From: an uncultured Lentisphaerales bacterium
GTDB lineage: Bacteria; Verrucomicrobiota; Lentisphaeria; JABSQK01; UBA12247
Length of the DNA stretch: 64,000 nt
Reading direction: 5' to 3'
NCBI GenBank assembly: GCA_943788985.1
Contig: CALSSJ010000005.1
Coordinates: 128,001-192,000, forward strand
Below the pieces are notes generated by a model. The model worked only from the letters and a program-made list of their open reading frames with translations. It did no database searches and was not told the origin of the DNA. The stretch's first letter is position 1, and each line of letters opens with the position of its first letter. Of the stretch, positions 53,199-63,565 are shown piece by piece. The translations under genes and the position numbers were made by a program.

Positions 53199-56123
53199 AT
53201 GAAATCTACTTTTCAGAACTTTTCTTTCGCGCTCGCGCTCATCACTCACGTGCTTAGCCAGCTGGCATTTGCTGGCAGTTACAACCTGGACGATGTCGTA
53301 TTTCCCGCTGACATGCCCCCGGAAATCGGCGATCTGGCATTTGCTGCCGATGGCACCTTGTACGCAGCCTTGCGCCGTGGCGACATCGTGGTCGCCACCC
53401 CCACCAAAGATCCAACGGCGTTTCAGTGGCGCGTGTTTGCCACCGGCCATCACAACATCCTTGGTCTGGAAGTCGTCAAGCCGGGGCACCTGGTGGTCAG
53501 CCAGATGGCCGAACTGACCGAAGTGATCGATACTGATGGTGATGGCGTCGCCGATCGCTACAACAATCTCTCCACGGCTTGGGGCGTGAGCGGAAACTAT
53601 CATGAGACCAACGCGCTTTGTCCGGATGGGGACGGCGGCTACTACATTGCCGTTGGTACCGCCTCGCATAACGGCCCTACGTTCGACACGCCGCGCGGCG
53701 ACTACTCCACGGCGGGGCGCCGCGGTCGCAATTTTTCAGCCGTGAAATACAAGGGCTGGGTGCTTCACTATGCCAAAGACGGTACGGTGACCCCGCATTG
53801 CAGTGGCTTCCGCATGCACAACGGCATCGCCCGAACTACCGACGGTATGATTTGGTGTGGCGATAACCAAGGCGACTGGCGCGGTGCTTCCCCGCTCTAT
53901 TGGTGTCGCGAGGGCTCCTTCTCCGGGCATCCGGCCAGTCTAGTCTGGGACCCGCGATTCAAAGATTTCGGCACGCCCATCTATTGGCCGCGCAAGCTGC
54001 TCGACGACCTGCACAATGAGCCAGCAATCATGATGGCGCACGGCGAGATGCGCTCCTGTGGTGAACCCATGCAGATCACCACCGACAATTTCGGTCCCTT
54101 CAAAGGCCAAATGCTGATCCCCGATGAGAATAGCCCCCGGATCATGCGGGTCATGCTTGAAACCGTCGATGGGGCCTGGCAAGGGGCCAACGTCCTGTTT
54201 CACACCGGCGGCCTGCGCCCGTCCGGGGAACCGTATGGCGATGTCACCGGACGGAAAAACCCTGTACTATGGCGAAACTGCTCGCGGCTGGCAGAAACCA
54301 AATGAAGGCATTCACCGCCTCCACTACACGGGTACCGTTCCATTCGAAGTTCTGGACTGTAAACTCACCACCGGTGGCTTTGCCGTGAGCTTTACCCAGC
54401 CCATCCAAGAGCCCAGCAAGCTTGCTAGCCAGTTAACCGTCAGAAGCTTTCGCTACGAGTACGGCTATCACTATGGCTCCAAGCAGAAAAGCGTTCGGGA
54501 GCATGCGGTAACCGCCGTATCGGGCAACGGTCCCTACGAATTCACAGTCGCCGACCTGCAACCCGGTCGCGTCTACGAGCTCACCTTCGCCAACGTCCTC
54601 GCTGCCGACGGGTCAACAATTGGCAACCCCAAGGTCACCTACACCATGAATCGCCTGAAACGGCCACCTGCCCAAAACAGAGCCACGATCAAGCAATCAG
54701 ACAACGGTCTCAAAGTGTTTATCAACGGCGAATTCTTCACCGAGTACTTTCTGAGGGGCTTCACCAATCCCATCCTCTGGCCCATTCAAGCACCAGGTGA
54801 CATCCGTATGACGCGCAATTGGCCCATCATTGCGGACACCGCTGGCGAGCAACACGACCACCCGCATCACAAAGGGCTCTTCGTCGGGCACCAGAACCTG
54901 AACGGCGTGGACTTCTGGCACGAGGGCAAGGGCATCAATGGCAGGATGAATCACACCCGCTTGATCGAAACGCGTTCAGGCGAAGACCGCGCGCTGATCA
55001 AGACCCTCAATACTTGGACCACAGACGCGGGAAAGACCGTGGCCGCTGACACCCGCACCCTAACGTTTTGGGGCGACGAAAGCGCTCGCTACATTGACCT
55101 CGAGATCAATATCCACGCCACCCACGAAGATCTGCTCTTCCACGAAATGAAGGACAGCTTCGTGGGATTTCGCAGCCATCCGCACCTGCGCGTAACAGCC
55201 AAGCCAAAGGCCGGCGTCACAGAAGTGTGACGGCCACGTCGTCAACAGCGAGGGGGTTACCGGCAAGGCGGTCTGGGGCAAGCGGGCCGACTGGGTTCAT
55301 TATCATGGCCAAGTCGAAGGAAAAGATGCTGGCTACGCCTTCATGAGCCATCCCGGAAACCCATCCGCTGCTGGTCAGAAATCCTGGTGGCATGCGCGCG
55401 GACTACGGCCTGATCTCCGCGAACCCGTTCGCCCCCGAAAAGTTTCAGGGCGACGGCGACCATACGATCGCCAAAGGCGACAGCCTGCAGCTGCGCTATC
55501 GCTTCGTCTTTCATCGCGGACCTGCGGACTCCGCAAATATCGCCGAAGCATTCGCTGCATACACCACAGAAAGTGCCCACCCGACCGCCGACATGCCTGG
55601 CCATCCCGGATATCCTGGTGCCTACGGCAACCCAAAGCCCAAGGGTGTCCAAGCCCAAAAGAAACAGCGTCGTTCCGCTCCCCAGCTTGGCGGCGGCACC
55701 ATCACCAAGGCTGGTCGTTCTGTAAGCGGCAAGCAGGCAAAGAGGCCTAAGATTCTTGCCAACGGCCTGGTCGAAGGCACCAAAATATTTGGGGACCGCG
55801 CCTACACATTCACGGTCGTCCCCGAATCCGCACGCGGTGCCGACTACTTACAGACCTTCAACAACGACAAGAAGGGCGCCAACGCCCACTACGAGCTGAC
55901 GCTTAGCGCGCCAGCAGAGCTGCTGGTGCTCATGGACACACGCGCCGAGGCTCACGTTCCCTGGCTCAAAGACGGCTTCGAGAAAACCAACGAAATCGTT
56001 CAGACCGACGCCGATTTTCGATTTCGCGTCTACCGCAAGCGCGTGAATCCCGGCGCCGTGACACTTGGCCCACAAAAAGGCTTCAGCTTCTACGGCGTTG
56101 CCGCGATCAAGCAAAAGGACTGA
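53199..56123 (+). CDS. PVC-type sugar-dehydrogenase-like beta-propeller fused to a DUF6807/PmoA-like domain (three apparent +1 frameshifts)
   Basis: DTDGDGVAD, SGFR..NG and DNQGDW motifs, then DHPHHKGL..H and WHARDYGL..ANPF. Frames rejoin at about 54226, 55228 and 55400. Confidence 0.7.
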
Positions 56124-56535
56124 GGCCCGGACATCATCCTCACGAGAAACCAGCGATCTGTACCTGTCCAGGCTTGCGATGGGCAAGCTCGGATTTCATG
56201 TCTGCACTCGCTGTAGCTACTGGGATCTCTTGGCTAAGCTAATCTTACAAAGCAGCCGAGGAATCCGTCCTGCCCGCAGCCGAGGGAGCCGCGCACCAAC
56301 TTGCTTACCGGGTAAATGACTGCGGAGGTGATCCTTACGACATGTTTGGGACAGGCAGCTTCAAGAACAGCAGTTCGCAAACGCCTTTTGCGGCCAGGCT
56401 GGCAATTTACGTGACCTCCCCAGCCAGCTTCTTGGGGCGCTGGGTCTTGCGGACCGCGCAGGCCACGTCTACCGTGCCCCTCGCTGAAATCCAGGTGCCG
56501 CAGTCCCGCGGCTCGCCCCCCCCTCAAGAAGGTGC

Positions 56536-57446
56536 ATGATATTGCATCCTAGAAACTATCTCCTCTTACTCGCCGGAGCCTGCTGCTTGTGGACCGGATG
56601 CTTGCAACCTCGACACGACGTTGCTGACGCAAGACTAGAGGCGTACCCGGCGCTTCAAAATCTGCTGCTCGTGACCGGGGGGGTCTATTCCGGGGGCCAG
56701 CCAGATGGCGATGGGGCATTCGCTCAGCTTTCCCAGCTCGGCGTGAAAACGATCGTGAGCGTCGATGGGGCAACGCCCGATGTGGCGGCCGCTCGCAGGC
56801 ATGGTCTGGACTATGTTCATATTCCGATCGGGTATGATGGCGTCGCCGAAGAAGCCGGACTATCGCTGGCGCGGCTGGTTCGGGACCGGGGCGGTCCGTT
56901 CTATATCCACTGTCACCATGGCCAGCACCGGGCCCCGGTCGCCGCAGCCATTGCTTGTCTTGCGGCTGGCGATGTCGATGGCAGCGGGGCGCTCAAGATT
57001 CTCGAGCGCGCGGGGACAAGCCGAGAGTATGCCGGGCTTTTGGCGCGATGTGGAGAACTATCAGGTGCCAGCTAAGGATGCTGAGCTTCCGGCACTGGTT
57101 GAGGTAGCCACGGTCGAATCTCTCGCTGCCGCGATGGCAAAAAATAGACCGTGCGTATGACAACGTAAAGCTGTGCCGTAAGGCCAACTGGGGGACGCCC
57201 TACGAGCATCCAGATTTAAATCCCGCACAAGAGGCGTTGCTGGTGAAGGAGGGCCTGCGTGAATCCGCCCGCAATCTTGCGGGTGAATACGGGGATGAAT
57301 TCAAAAGATGGCTTACTGAAGGGGAGTTCCTTGCCCAAGAGTTTGAGGATTCACTCAAGGCAGACAGCGCTGAGGATGAGATCTCTCGGAAATTCCAAGC
57401 GTTGCAGAAATCTTGCCGACAGTGCCACGATAAGCACCGGAACTAA
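56536..57446 (+). CDS. Exported phosphatase-like (CX5R) domain + cytochrome c (two apparent +1 frameshifts)
   Basis: YSGGQP, HCHHGQHR and C-terminal SCRQCH motifs. Extra bases in T and A runs near 57040 and 57145. Confidence 0.7.
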
Positions 57447-57594
57447 TTGCCCGTGCCCTTGCAACCGAGCTCCCCCAGCATCTCAGCCCGCGAAAGCTAG
57501 AGGGGATTAACTGGATCAACAGGATGAAGGGACTGGGCGGATTGCAGGCCTCTTTTATCCGCTGAATTCGAGCAACGTACGTCGGGAAAAATAT

Positions 57595-57670
57595 GACAAG
57601 AAGATTTTTGGGGCAAGAAAAATGGCAGGTCGGCGGTACCACCTATTCTTGTCGTCTAAATCTTCTTGTC
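57595..57670. repeat. Intergenic imperfect inverted repeat
   Basis: GACAAGAAGATTT...AAATCTTCTTGTC. Confidence 0.6.
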
Positions 57671-57786
57671 TAATCTTGGTCATCCTGTCTTTTCGCTCGA
57701 GACGGCAGTGCCATGATGCAAAATTGACCGCGACATAAAGCTTCTGGCAAGCTGCCCAAGGTCCAAAGTCGCAAAAGAAAATAACC

Positions 57787-58915
57787 TTATCCGTGAGCAG
57801 CCAATTTAGGAGGTGCGCGACGTCGGCGTTTGCGGGGTGGGCGGACTTCGTCACGAAGAAAGACCTTGGCCACAAATGGCGAGGTCATGGCCTGGAGGAG
57901 GGCGCTGTATTGGAGCTGAAAGCGGACTTCGGTGCCGACAGTCAGGTGGGCTTGGGCGCACTCCACAATGAGGTGGTCGCTGCTGGCGCCGTGGATCTCT
58001 ACGCCTGGTGGCGGCTCGAGGCCGAGCGGGTCGCAGTCTTGGCAGCCGATCGCGAGGATGCTGCGCCAGACGGGTGCCTCGGTCGGCGACCTTGGCCTTG
58101 GTCCCCAAGGCCGTCTGTGCCAGCGCGCCCCAGGGCTTCGAGGGTTTCTGCTTCAATTCGATAACCTCGGCGACCAGCGTGATGGCATCTGTGTACAGCC
58201 CGTCGAGCGGGCAGCGGTGAAGGGTCTCGCAGCCCAACAGGATGGACTCTCCGAGGCGTAGGTCGTTGACGCGTCCGCAGTCCTGGCCGCTGAATGCCCA
58301 ATTGAGATTCGCGGAGTTTCCGCCGGATATGGTGGCAAGACGCCGTCCGAAGGTAGATTCGATGGTGCAAGTGAGGGCTGATAGCTGCGCCATATTGCTA
58401 GCGTCCGGGGAGGTGCCGCTGTGGCAAGCGAGGTTTGTGCCGATGCCTTGCAAGGTGAGCCCTGGCAGCTCCATGACCGCGTGTACGACGCTCGGCAGAT
58501 CAGTGGGCATGATTCCTTCTCGTAGATCGCCCAACTCGACCATTAGGATGACGCCGTGTGACCGGTTAGCCTGTACAGCCGCCTGCGATAGGAGTCTGAG
58601 GACGGAAAGCTCGGTGTTGAAGCTGATATCCGCTGAGGCAATGACGCGTTCGACCTGGCTAGGCATGGGCGAGCGAATCAGCGCGATCGAGCCAGCCATG
58701 CCAGCCTTGCGGAGGGCCTCGATGTTCTCGATCCGGGAATCGCCCAATGAGCCGATGCCCGCAGCCAGAAGCTGACGGGCGATGTGGGGGGAACCCAAGG
58801 TGGCCTTGGTCACCCCCTGTGACTTCGATGCCGCGCGTGGCGAGTCGCCCCACCAGCGTGGATGCGTTGTGACCAATTTTTTCGCAGATCGATCTCAATC
58901 CGAGGCGCGGGTCAT
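57787..58915 (-). CDS. Alanine/ornithine racemase-family PLP enzyme (several apparent +1 frameshifts)
   Basis: PR.EIDL.KI.HN, GVTK, GDSR, MVELGDLREG, GTNLAC, SGGNS, LRLGE and GASSDH motifs. End approximate. Confidence 0.8.
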
Positions 58916-60108
58916 TCCTGCCTCTGCGATACCCTCTCTGCCAGCTCAGGGAATGCAGACAGCACCATGTTTACCAGATGATCCTGTGACCGCGTGAGCG
59001 CGTCGGTCACGGGGATTCTGAGTTCGCGCTCGTAGCGGGTGATCGCGGCAGTCACTTCCGCGTCACTCATGTTTTCATGGTTCAGGGTGAGGCCAATCAC
59101 GCGCGTCTTGGCGAAGGTCTGGATGAGGTTGATCTCGCTGGCGGGAGTGGGCATTGGCATCGTCTCGAAATCGCAGCGGTGGGCACGGGCCGGCGCATGC
59201 TGCAGGATCACTGCGTGGGGAGAGCTGCCACGCAGAATGAAGCTCGAGGTGGAATAGGCCGGATGGCTTAGCGCGCCTTGCCCTTCGATCACGATGACGT
59301 CCGGAGCCTCGCCTTCATAGGCCTCCATGATTGTCGCCTCCAACTCGCCGGCGCAGAACTGGGAGGGGACGGCATCCAGCGCCAGTCCGTAGCGTGCGCC
59401 TTGGATCAGGCCGGTTTGTCCGGTCCCGACCATGACGGTCTTGATGCCGTTGGCATTGAGGGCGCGGGTGAGCGCCGTGCAGGTGGTCCGTTTGCCAATG
59501 GCACAATCGGTGCCGAGGACCGCAAGTCGCGGGCAGGCCATCGTTGTCAAACTGCCGCTAAAAACCCGCAAGTCCTTGGTGGCGCGAGGCCTGCGGACGT
59601 CGATGATCGTCGTATTGTGGGCGCTGCTTGCGGCAGCAAACTCCGGGTCGTCATTGAGGAATTCATGCAGTCCGTTGACGATACTCATGCCTTGTTTGAT
59701 TGCTTTGAGCATGAGCGTGCGCTCCTGTGCAGAGAGCATGCCGCTGGCTGGTGCTTTGCCGAAGATGAAGTAGTCCGGAATACTGCCGGCCTGCTTCAAG
59801 GCGGCGTTAAGGTCGGCACAGATCGGGATGGCTTGTTCGATATTATCCAGCACCATGCCAGCATCCAGCCCGGCCTTAGTGCTGTCGATGACGGATAGAA
59901 TTCGGTACTTTTCCGAATGACGCACGAGTCCGTTCGCGGTTTTGCCATCTAGCGCGCCAAATTCGGCTTCGCAGTACACGATGGCGGTGGCCGTGGTGCT
60001 TCTCTGGCGAGGCGGCTTGGGCGGGGCGAGCGTGGCTCGATCTGATGGGGGGGCGGAAACAGTTTCCAATAGTGCGTGCGAAGGCACACAGGCCTGACGG
60101 ACTGGCAT
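58912..60108 (-). CDS. DUF1611-family protein
   Basis: GKTANGL, NGLH.FL, GTDCAIGKRTT, TGQTG and EGQGAL.HP motifs. AGGAG RBS. Confidence 0.9.
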   Translation of the reverse strand: MPVRQACVPSHALLETVSAPPSDRATLAPPKPPRQRSTTATAIVYCEAEFGALDGKTANGLVRHSEKYRILSVIDSTKAGLDAGMVLDNIEQAIPICADLNAALKQAGSIPDYFIFGKAPASGMLSAQERTLMLKAIKQGMSIVNGLHEFLNDDPEFAAASSAHNTTIIDVRRPRATKDLRVFSGSLTTMACPRLAVLGTDCAIGKRTTCTALTRALNANGIKTVMVGTGQTGLIQGARYGLALDAVPSQFCAGELEATIMEAYEGEAPDVIVIEGQGALSHPAYSTSSFILRGSSPHAVILQHAPARAHRCDFETMPMPTPASEINLIQTFAKTRVIGLTLNHENMSDAEVTAAITRYERELRIPVTDALTRSQDHLVNMVLSAFPELAERVSQRQE

Positions 60109-60376
60109 AACGACTCCTAGAGTAAAACTCAGAGGAGGCGACAGGATCGTGCCGGCCAAAATGGCCAAGAGTCAACGAGCAGTCCCCGCTAAGATGGAAT
60201 TGAACGGATATTATAACATACCCGGTTTATTGGGATGTTCCTGTCGCGCTTGGCTTTTCGCTCAGGCTTGATTCTCTCGATGCGCTGGTTGTCTCTTGAT
60301 TTTATAATGTTACCAGGGGTGACTTTTATTTATTTCAGGCGGTGTCTGTCGCAGGCCATGTCGTTGCAAATTGCAT

Positions 60377-60709
60377 TCAATCGGCTATGCTGGGGTGGGC
60401 TTCGAGCGGGTACCGGCGTAGCCCGAACTCGGTTTCGATGGTAGACGCGCCATCTCGCAGCACGGCCGCTTGCCAGCCCAAGGATAGCTCGCCCTCGTGC
60501 AGGTCCCAGTCGGCGCTGGCGGTAGTGGTAATGGACTCGCGCCAGGCAATTCCGGCTCGGTCGACTTGCTGTTCCCTCGCGAGCTCTTGGGTGAGAGTGC
60601 GAGTGATGGCGGTGCATTGGGCCAGTACCGGGGACACTAAACCGGTCGCCGCCGACCTGATGGCAATGACGGTGAGGACTTCGGGAAGTGTGAACCCGCG
60701 GCGTTTCAT
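60377..60709 (-). CDS. Short prepilin-type protein (possibly truncated)
   Basis: MKRRGFTLPEVL start. Confidence 0.55.
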   Translation of the reverse strand: MKRRGFTLPEVLTVIAIRSAATGLVSPVLAQCTAITRTLTQELAREQQVDRAGIAWRESITTTASADWDLHEGELSLGWQAAVLRDGASTIETEFGLRRYPLEAHPSIAD

Positions 60710-60963
60710 CGCGACACCATAACCTCGGCCAGCACCGGTGTGGACTCCGCAATTTGCAAGTTCGCGACTCCGGGTGCGAACGCCATCGTCGGCGTAAGCG
60801 GGTCACCAGGCCGGATTGGTGTGGCCTCAAATTCGTATTTCAGCAGGGCACGAAGTTCGCTCCCGCGAATGGCGAGCGCTGCCCCGTGCGCTAAGCCTGC
60901 AAGAAGCACGCCGAGTACACCGACGGCAAATACCAGCTCAAGGATGGAAAATCTACGCCGCAT
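60706..60963 (-). CDS. Short prepilin-type protein (possibly truncated)
   Basis: MRRRFSILELVFAVGVLG start. ATGA overlap with the next gene. Confidence 0.55.
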   Translation of the reverse strand: MRRRFSILELVFAVGVLGVLLAGLAHGAALAIRGSELRALLKYEFEATPIRPGDPLTPTMAFAPGVANLQIAESTPVLAEVMVSR

Positions 60964-61054
60964 GTGGTCTCAGATAGGGGCCCAGAGCTCTGAGATTCCT
61001 GTGCGCATCTGGGCCTTTTTTCTTCCACATGAGATGCTCTGATTTGCGGGTTGC

Positions 61055-61160
61055 GAATATCCAACAGCCAACAAGGAATTGCCACTGCCCAAGGCGTGGA
61101 GGACGTGCTGAATAGTCTCTATTTGGCTATTGGATATTTCTTGTTGGCTGTTGTTTATTC
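61055..61160. repeat. ~105 bp palindromic REPIN/MITE-like element, copy 3
   Basis: GAATATCCAACAGCCAACAAGGAATT...TTGGATATTTCTTGTTGGCTGTTGTTTATTC. Confidence 0.8.
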
Positions 61161-61307
61161 TGCCTTTTCCAAGCTGTGGTCAGCGTGCCCGTCATCCGCA
61201 GGCGGTCAAGGCAGTGCCGTGCGGGATCGCGTGCGCGGCCTTGCGTACGGCCAAAGTGTCGCTAGGTTTGGGATGGTATTTTCCTTACTTTTTAGGCGAG
61301 CCGCACC

Positions 61308-62729
61308 GTGCGATTCCTTTTCTTTTTGCTTGTCGCAGCCACCGCCTGCGCTGATTTCGCCGGCTTGGCGCCGGACGGGCTTATTTACGCGTCTAATCGT
61401 AGTAATAGCTTTCAGATCTGGCAAACTGACCTGAATCAGGATGCGCAGTTGACGCATCTGGAGGGCGATATCGCCTGGGCACCGCGGCTCTCACCGCATG
61501 GTGATGTGCTGGTATACTACCGGAGCGCGAAGGGCGCTGGGCCGAATAATTTCGAAAGCTGTGAACTGTGGCGCCACAGTCTGATCAGCCACCATGACCG
61601 GGCGCTGATTCCCCGTCGTAAGTATGGCTGGAAAGCGCACTCCGGGGCGCAGTGGTCTCCCGATGGCAAGTCGCTGGTAATGGCCGCTAAGACCACGAAG
61701 GAAGATGCCTGGCAGCTTTTCGTGACCGATGGTGAGGGAAATTATCCGCGCAAGTTGACGCGCGGCGAGCGCCAGTTTCACGATCCCTGCTGGTCACCCG
61801 ATGGCAGGCAGATCGCCTATGTTGCGTTTCCCAAAGGATACGAAGGCATCGACCCCCGTCGCTTCGAAATCCACATTGCGAACGCCTCAGGCAAGGACGA
61901 AGTACGAGTTACCTACGATGCGCTGCGTGATCATCATCCGGCCTGGAGCCCAGACGGCACTCTGATTGCCTACGAATCTCAGATCAATAAGACGGTGGGC
62001 ACCAAGGGAAGCTGGGCGATTCGGGTCATTGGCACGGATGGCACCGGAAACCGATCTATCGTTGAAGATGCTCATTTTAACAGCAGCCCGCGCTGGTCAG
62101 TGGACGGGAGCGTGGTGTTTTTTCACCGCTCGCGCAATGTGAACGCGGACGAAGTGCACATCTGGGGGATTGGGCAAGACGGCAGCAGGTTGCGCCGCGT
62201 GATTTACAGCAATGCCTACAGCAACATGATGGTGGACATTGTGACCCCGCAAGCGGGCGAGTCTGAGGAAGAGTACGTCTGGCCCAAGACGACAGTGCCC
62301 GTCGAGAAGCGAGAACTTGCTGAGTTGAGCAAAGTCCTTAGTGAGGAAGACGCCGCTGAGCAGCTCGTTGCGGAGTCCGCAATTCCAGCTGCCGTAGTCC
62401 AAGAGCCGACCGAGTTGCCAGACATCGATGAGCCGGCACTGGCGGCAGTACCTGTGGTACAGGCTATGCCTGAGATGCAAGAACTCATTCCCGAGCCCGA
62501 GCCCGTGCCGGAGCCAATCCGAAAGTTCGAGCGCATCGAGAAGGGCAAGGAGGTGCCAGAGCCAGAACCCGTCCCAGTGCCCAAGCTGCAGGCGACTCCA
62601 ATTGAAACGCCGAGCGCGCCAGCGATCCAAGATGCTGAGCTTGAACAGATGCTCGAGCAGGCACTGGATGGAACTTTGGAAGGCGACTTCCCGGATGAAC
62701 CAGAAGGTTCACATCCGAAAGTAGATTGA
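61308..62729 (+). CDS. TolB-like (PD40) beta-propeller with Glu/Pro-rich tail
   Basis: Signal peptide, repeated P.WSPDG..IAY motifs. Confidence 0.85.
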   Translation: MRFLFFLLVAATACADFAGLAPDGLIYASNRSNSFQIWQTDLNQDAQLTHLEGDIAWAPRLSPHGDVLVYYRSAKGAGPNNFESCELWRHSLISHHDRALIPRRKYGWKAHSGAQWSPDGKSLVMAAKTTKEDAWQLFVTDGEGNYPRKLTRGERQFHDPCWSPDGRQIAYVAFPKGYEGIDPRRFEIHIANASGKDEVRVTYDALRDHHPAWSPDGTLIAYESQINKTVGTKGSWAIRVIGTDGTGNRSIVEDAHFNSSPRWSVDGSVVFFHRSRNVNADEVHIWGIGQDGSRLRRVIYSNAYSNMMVDIVTPQAGESEEEYVWPKTTVPVEKRELAELSKVLSEEDAAEQLVAESAIPAAVVQEPTELPDIDEPALAAVPVVQAMPEMQELIPEPEPVPEPIRKFERIEKGKEVPEPEPVPVPKLQATPIETPSAPAIQDAELEQMLEQALDGTLEGDFPDEPEGSHPKVD

Positions 62730-63565
62730 TGACAACCGCTGCGCGGTCGGTCAGTATTCTTGGCTGTGGCTGGCTGGGGACCGCCTTAGGGGCCACACTC
62801 GCAGCCGATGGCTGGCAGGTAAGGGGCTCGACGATGCATTTGGATCGCTTTGACGCCCTCCGCGCGCACCACATTGACCCTGTCCAATTGATTGTCGACG
62901 CCGCTGGGGTCTGGCCCGCGTGCGACGCATTCTGGCAAAGTAACGCGCTGATTATCAGCATTCCGCCGGGACGGCGAACGGATGCAGTCGTCGGCTTTGC
63001 AGATCGGATCCGCGCAGTCTGTCGGGCGTGGTCTGCCCCCCCGGAGCAGGTGATTCTGCTGAGCTCTACCTCGGTCTACGCGGCGACTAACCGGCCCGTG
63101 AGCGAGGGCGAGATCAACCCAAGCCATGTTCGGCTCAAGCCTTCCGGGCGCGCCCTGCTCGAGGCTGAAGCCGTGATTGCCGACGCAGCAGCGCATGCGA
63201 CGATTCTGCGGCTTGCGGGGCTAATCGGCCCGGACCGTCACCCTGGACGGTTTCTGGCGGGGAAGAAAAACGTGGCTGGCGGCGACGTGCCGGTGAACCT
63301 TGTCCACCGTCGCGATTGCGTCGCAATCATCACCCAGATCCTCGCAGAATCGCATAAAGGTGAAGTGTTCAACGTAGTTGCAGATGCACATCCGACTCGG
63401 CGAGAGTATTATGTGCGTGCTGCAGAGCGACTAGGGCTACCGCCCCCATCCTTTGCAAACTCTGAAAATGAATCCTGGAAAATAGTGAGAAATGATAAAC
63501 TTAAGCAAGCGCTGTCCTACAGCTTCCGCGTACCGGATCCTGCTTCTTGTCTGTCTGACGAGTAG
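62726..63565 (+). CDS. NAD-dependent epimerase/SDR (YeeZ-like)
   Basis: LGCGWLG, SSTSVY, LRLAGLIGP.R.P and VNLVH..D motifs. Confidence 0.88.
   Translation: MMTTAARSVSILGCGWLGTALGATLAADGWQVRGSTMHLDRFDALRAHHIDPVQLIVDAAGVWPACDAFWQSNALIISIPPGRRTDAVVGFADRIRAVCRAWSAPPEQVILLSSTSVYAATNRPVSEGEINPSHVRLKPSGRALLEAEAVIADAAAHATILRLAGLIGPDRHPGRFLAGKKNVAGGDVPVNLVHRRDCVAIITQILAESHKGEVFNVVADAHPTRREYYVRAAERLGLPPPSFANSENESWKIVRNDKLKQALSYSFRVPDPASCLSDE

Larger units (their letters stand above)
816..62382. repeat. Dispersed intragenic quasi-palindrome (T)TGCGRASTYCGCA(A)
   Basis: Exact 13-mers start at 817, 4842, 11743, 12414, 12640, 12866, 14740, 17351, 32769, 32937, 33177, 33240, 33333, 41031, 43378, 43630, 45180, 47565, 55523 and 62369. 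Confidence 0.9.

Noticed and set aside
56342..56539. RAPP-type ribosome-arrest leader peptide (ends SRGSPPP)
   Set aside because: The motif does not match RxPP exactly and the ORF has no other support.
38680..58915. Many frameshifts (fucI, DUF167, C45, 53199-56123, 56536-57446, racemase) as programmed frameshifting or mass pseudogenisation
   Set aside because: Most are single extra bases, often in short homopolymers, in otherwise intact genes, and I saw no slippery-site/structure signature. Sequencing or assembly indel error is the simpler explanation and should be confirmed with reads.
816..62382. The palindrome as Chi/KOPS, a terminator or a protein motif
   Set aside because: It shows no strand polarity, is intragenic without U-tracts, and is read in three different frames.
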